Shown here: positions 62,592-64,000 of the stretch, piece by piece | Layout: each line of letters opens with the position of its first letter | How positions within the stretch are numbered: the first letter of the stretch is position 1 | NCBI GenBank assembly: GCA_945866095.1 | Contig: CAMBGA010000002.1 | Coordinates: 6,734 to 70,733, forward strand | Direction of reading: 5' to 3' | DNA: 64,000 nt | Source of the DNA: Spirosoma fluviale | GTDB taxonomy: Bacteria > Bacteroidota > Bacteroidia > Cytophagales > Spirosomataceae | Translations under genes and position numbers: made by a program | Notes under the pieces: generated by a model | Database searches by the model: none | What the model saw: the letters and a program-made list of their open reading frames with translations, nothing else | Told to the model about the DNA's origin: nothing

Positions 62592-64000
62592 ATGAAAAAT
62601 CTATTTTTAATTATTGTTTTTCAAATTGTAGCGATGCAAATCGGGTATAGTCAAATCAATAATAAAAGAGTAGAATTCCCTATTCAAGGAACTGATTTAG
62701 AGTCATTTAACATCCCTATTGGCGATCAAGGGGTCATTGTTTTATCTCAATTAAATAAGCAATCCTTTAACATTCGGAAATTTTCTACTGATTTAGATCA
62801 GATATGGAGTAGGAATACAAATTTAGAGTCTAACTTAGATTATGTGACTTTTAGCTTTGATGGAACGGTTTTATCCTTACTCTTTAGCCGATTTCGAAGT
62901 AATTCATATGTTATTTTTAGAGTACTGGTTAATTCGGGAGAAATCACTAAGTACCAAATTTATTCGGTGGATCGAATCGAAATTTCAAATTTCAAAGCCT
63001 TAAATTATTCTTTGTTCATTGGCGGAATGGTGAATAACCAACCGATTATTTTGTTTACCAATTTGAAGGAACGTAAAACCAGGATATTGCCTGCCGTTGT
63101 TAAAGGACAAGCTGAAATCCAGTCCATGGATTTAGACACGATTCAACAACAAATTAATGTAACTTATTCGGTAGGAGGTAAAGCAAAAGATTATCAATTA
63201 ATCATCAAATCATTTGATGAAGATGGGAATCAAATCGGCCAAGTCTATATGAACCCTAGTGAGGAATTTGCCATGATGAATGGAAAATTAAATCAAATAA
63301 ATGATTCACTTCAGGTCATTGTAGGAACTTATGGCCACAAAAATAGTATTGGTTCATCCCGAGGACCTAGTTCACAGGGTTTATATTTCAACTCATTTAT
63401 CGACGGTAACATTATTAAATCAACCTATTATAGTTTCACCAAGTTTACTGATTTTTTCAATTTTCTAACTCCTAAACAAAAGGAAAGGCAGGAGAAAAAA
63501 ATAAAAGAAAAGGAAGTTAAAGGGGAGGATTTGAGGTTGGATTACCGATTACTCATGCATGACATTATCAAAAATGGCGAAAATTACATCATCATCGCTG
63601 AAGCCTTTTATCCAGATTATAAGTATAATAATTATAGTCCATTTGGCGGATCTATGATGATGGGAGGCTTAGGTGGGTTCTATTCACCTTATTGGAATAT
63701 GATGAATCCCTATCGTTGGGGTTATGGTAATTACGGTATGTATTCTCCATTTTCCAGTTATTATAGTCCTTGGGGATATCGTGGATATAATTCATATAGT
63801 AACCAACAACAATTTGATGGCTGGATTTACACGCATGCAGTCATTGCGGAATTAGATAAGGATGGAAAATTACTTTGGGATCATTGCATCGATTTAAATG
63901 ATAGTCGGGAATCTAAATTGATTCAAAAAATAATAGCATCCGTTGTAAGTAATACGGTTTATTTATCCTACCATCAAAATGATCAAATTATCACCAAATC
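62592..64000 (+). CDS. Partial CDS (runs off window end): exported hypothetical protein with aromatic/Gly/Ser-rich insert
   Basis: Not in ORF track; ATG 62592 MKNLFLIIVFQIVAMQIGYSQ signal peptide, open frame to 64000. Confidence 0.8.
   Translation, partial: MKNLFLIIVFQIVAMQIGYSQINNKRVEFPIQGTDLESFNIPIGDQGVIVLSQLNKQSFNIRKFSTDLDQIWSRNTNLESNLDYVTFSFDGTVLSLLFSRFRSNSYVIFRVLVNSGEITKYQIYSVDRIEISNFKALNYSLFIGGMVNNQPIILFTNLKERKTRILPAVVKGQAEIQSMDLDTIQQQINVTYSVGGKAKDYQLIIKSFDEDGNQIGQVYMNPSEEFAMMNGKLNQINDSLQVIVGTYGHKNSIGSSRGPSSQGLYFNSFIDGNIIKSTYYSFTKFTDFFNFLTPKQKERQEKKIKEKEVKGEDLRLDYRLLMHDIIKNGENYIIIAEAFYPDYKYNNYSPFGGSMMMGGLGGFYSPYWNMMNPYRWGYGNYGMYSPFSSYYSPWGYRGYNSYSNQQQFDGWIYTHAVIAELDKDGKLLWDHCIDLNDSRESKLIQKIIASVVSNTVYLSYHQNDQIITK

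Overview
AT-rich, very gene-dense chromosomal segment from a Bacteroidota genome. Cytophagales (probably a streamlined freshwater type) is an inference from protein family style, TAnnTTTG promoter boxes, lack of Shine-Dalgarno sequences and tiny intergenic gaps. It holds about 55 CDSs and one tRNA-Leu(CAA). Housekeeping genes include ruvC, parC, ligA, rpe, dapA, dnaK, thrS-infC-rpmI-rplT, menB/menE and oxyR-katG. A roughly 13.5 kb block (26.4-39.9 kb) encodes an L-fucose non-phosphorylative pathway plus extra sugar-acid enzymes. I saw no integrase, transposase, prophage, CRISPR array or rRNA. Best leads: (1) a metallopeptidase/beta-propeller/Omp85-like barrel protein coupled to a TPR lipoprotein; (2) a cysteine desulfurase-XdhC-DUF3050 operon; (3) a eukaryote-like DES1 sphingolipid desaturase; (4) ParC with an acidic tail ending in a beta-clamp-type motif (QLGLF); (5) a sigma54-like promoter plus TGACA-N3-TGTCA palindrome before dnaK; (6) a structured RNA candidate between rpmI and rplT; (7) a PLP-enzyme/amidohydrolase pair appended to the fucose operon. 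All product calls come from motif recognition by eye; no database searches were run.
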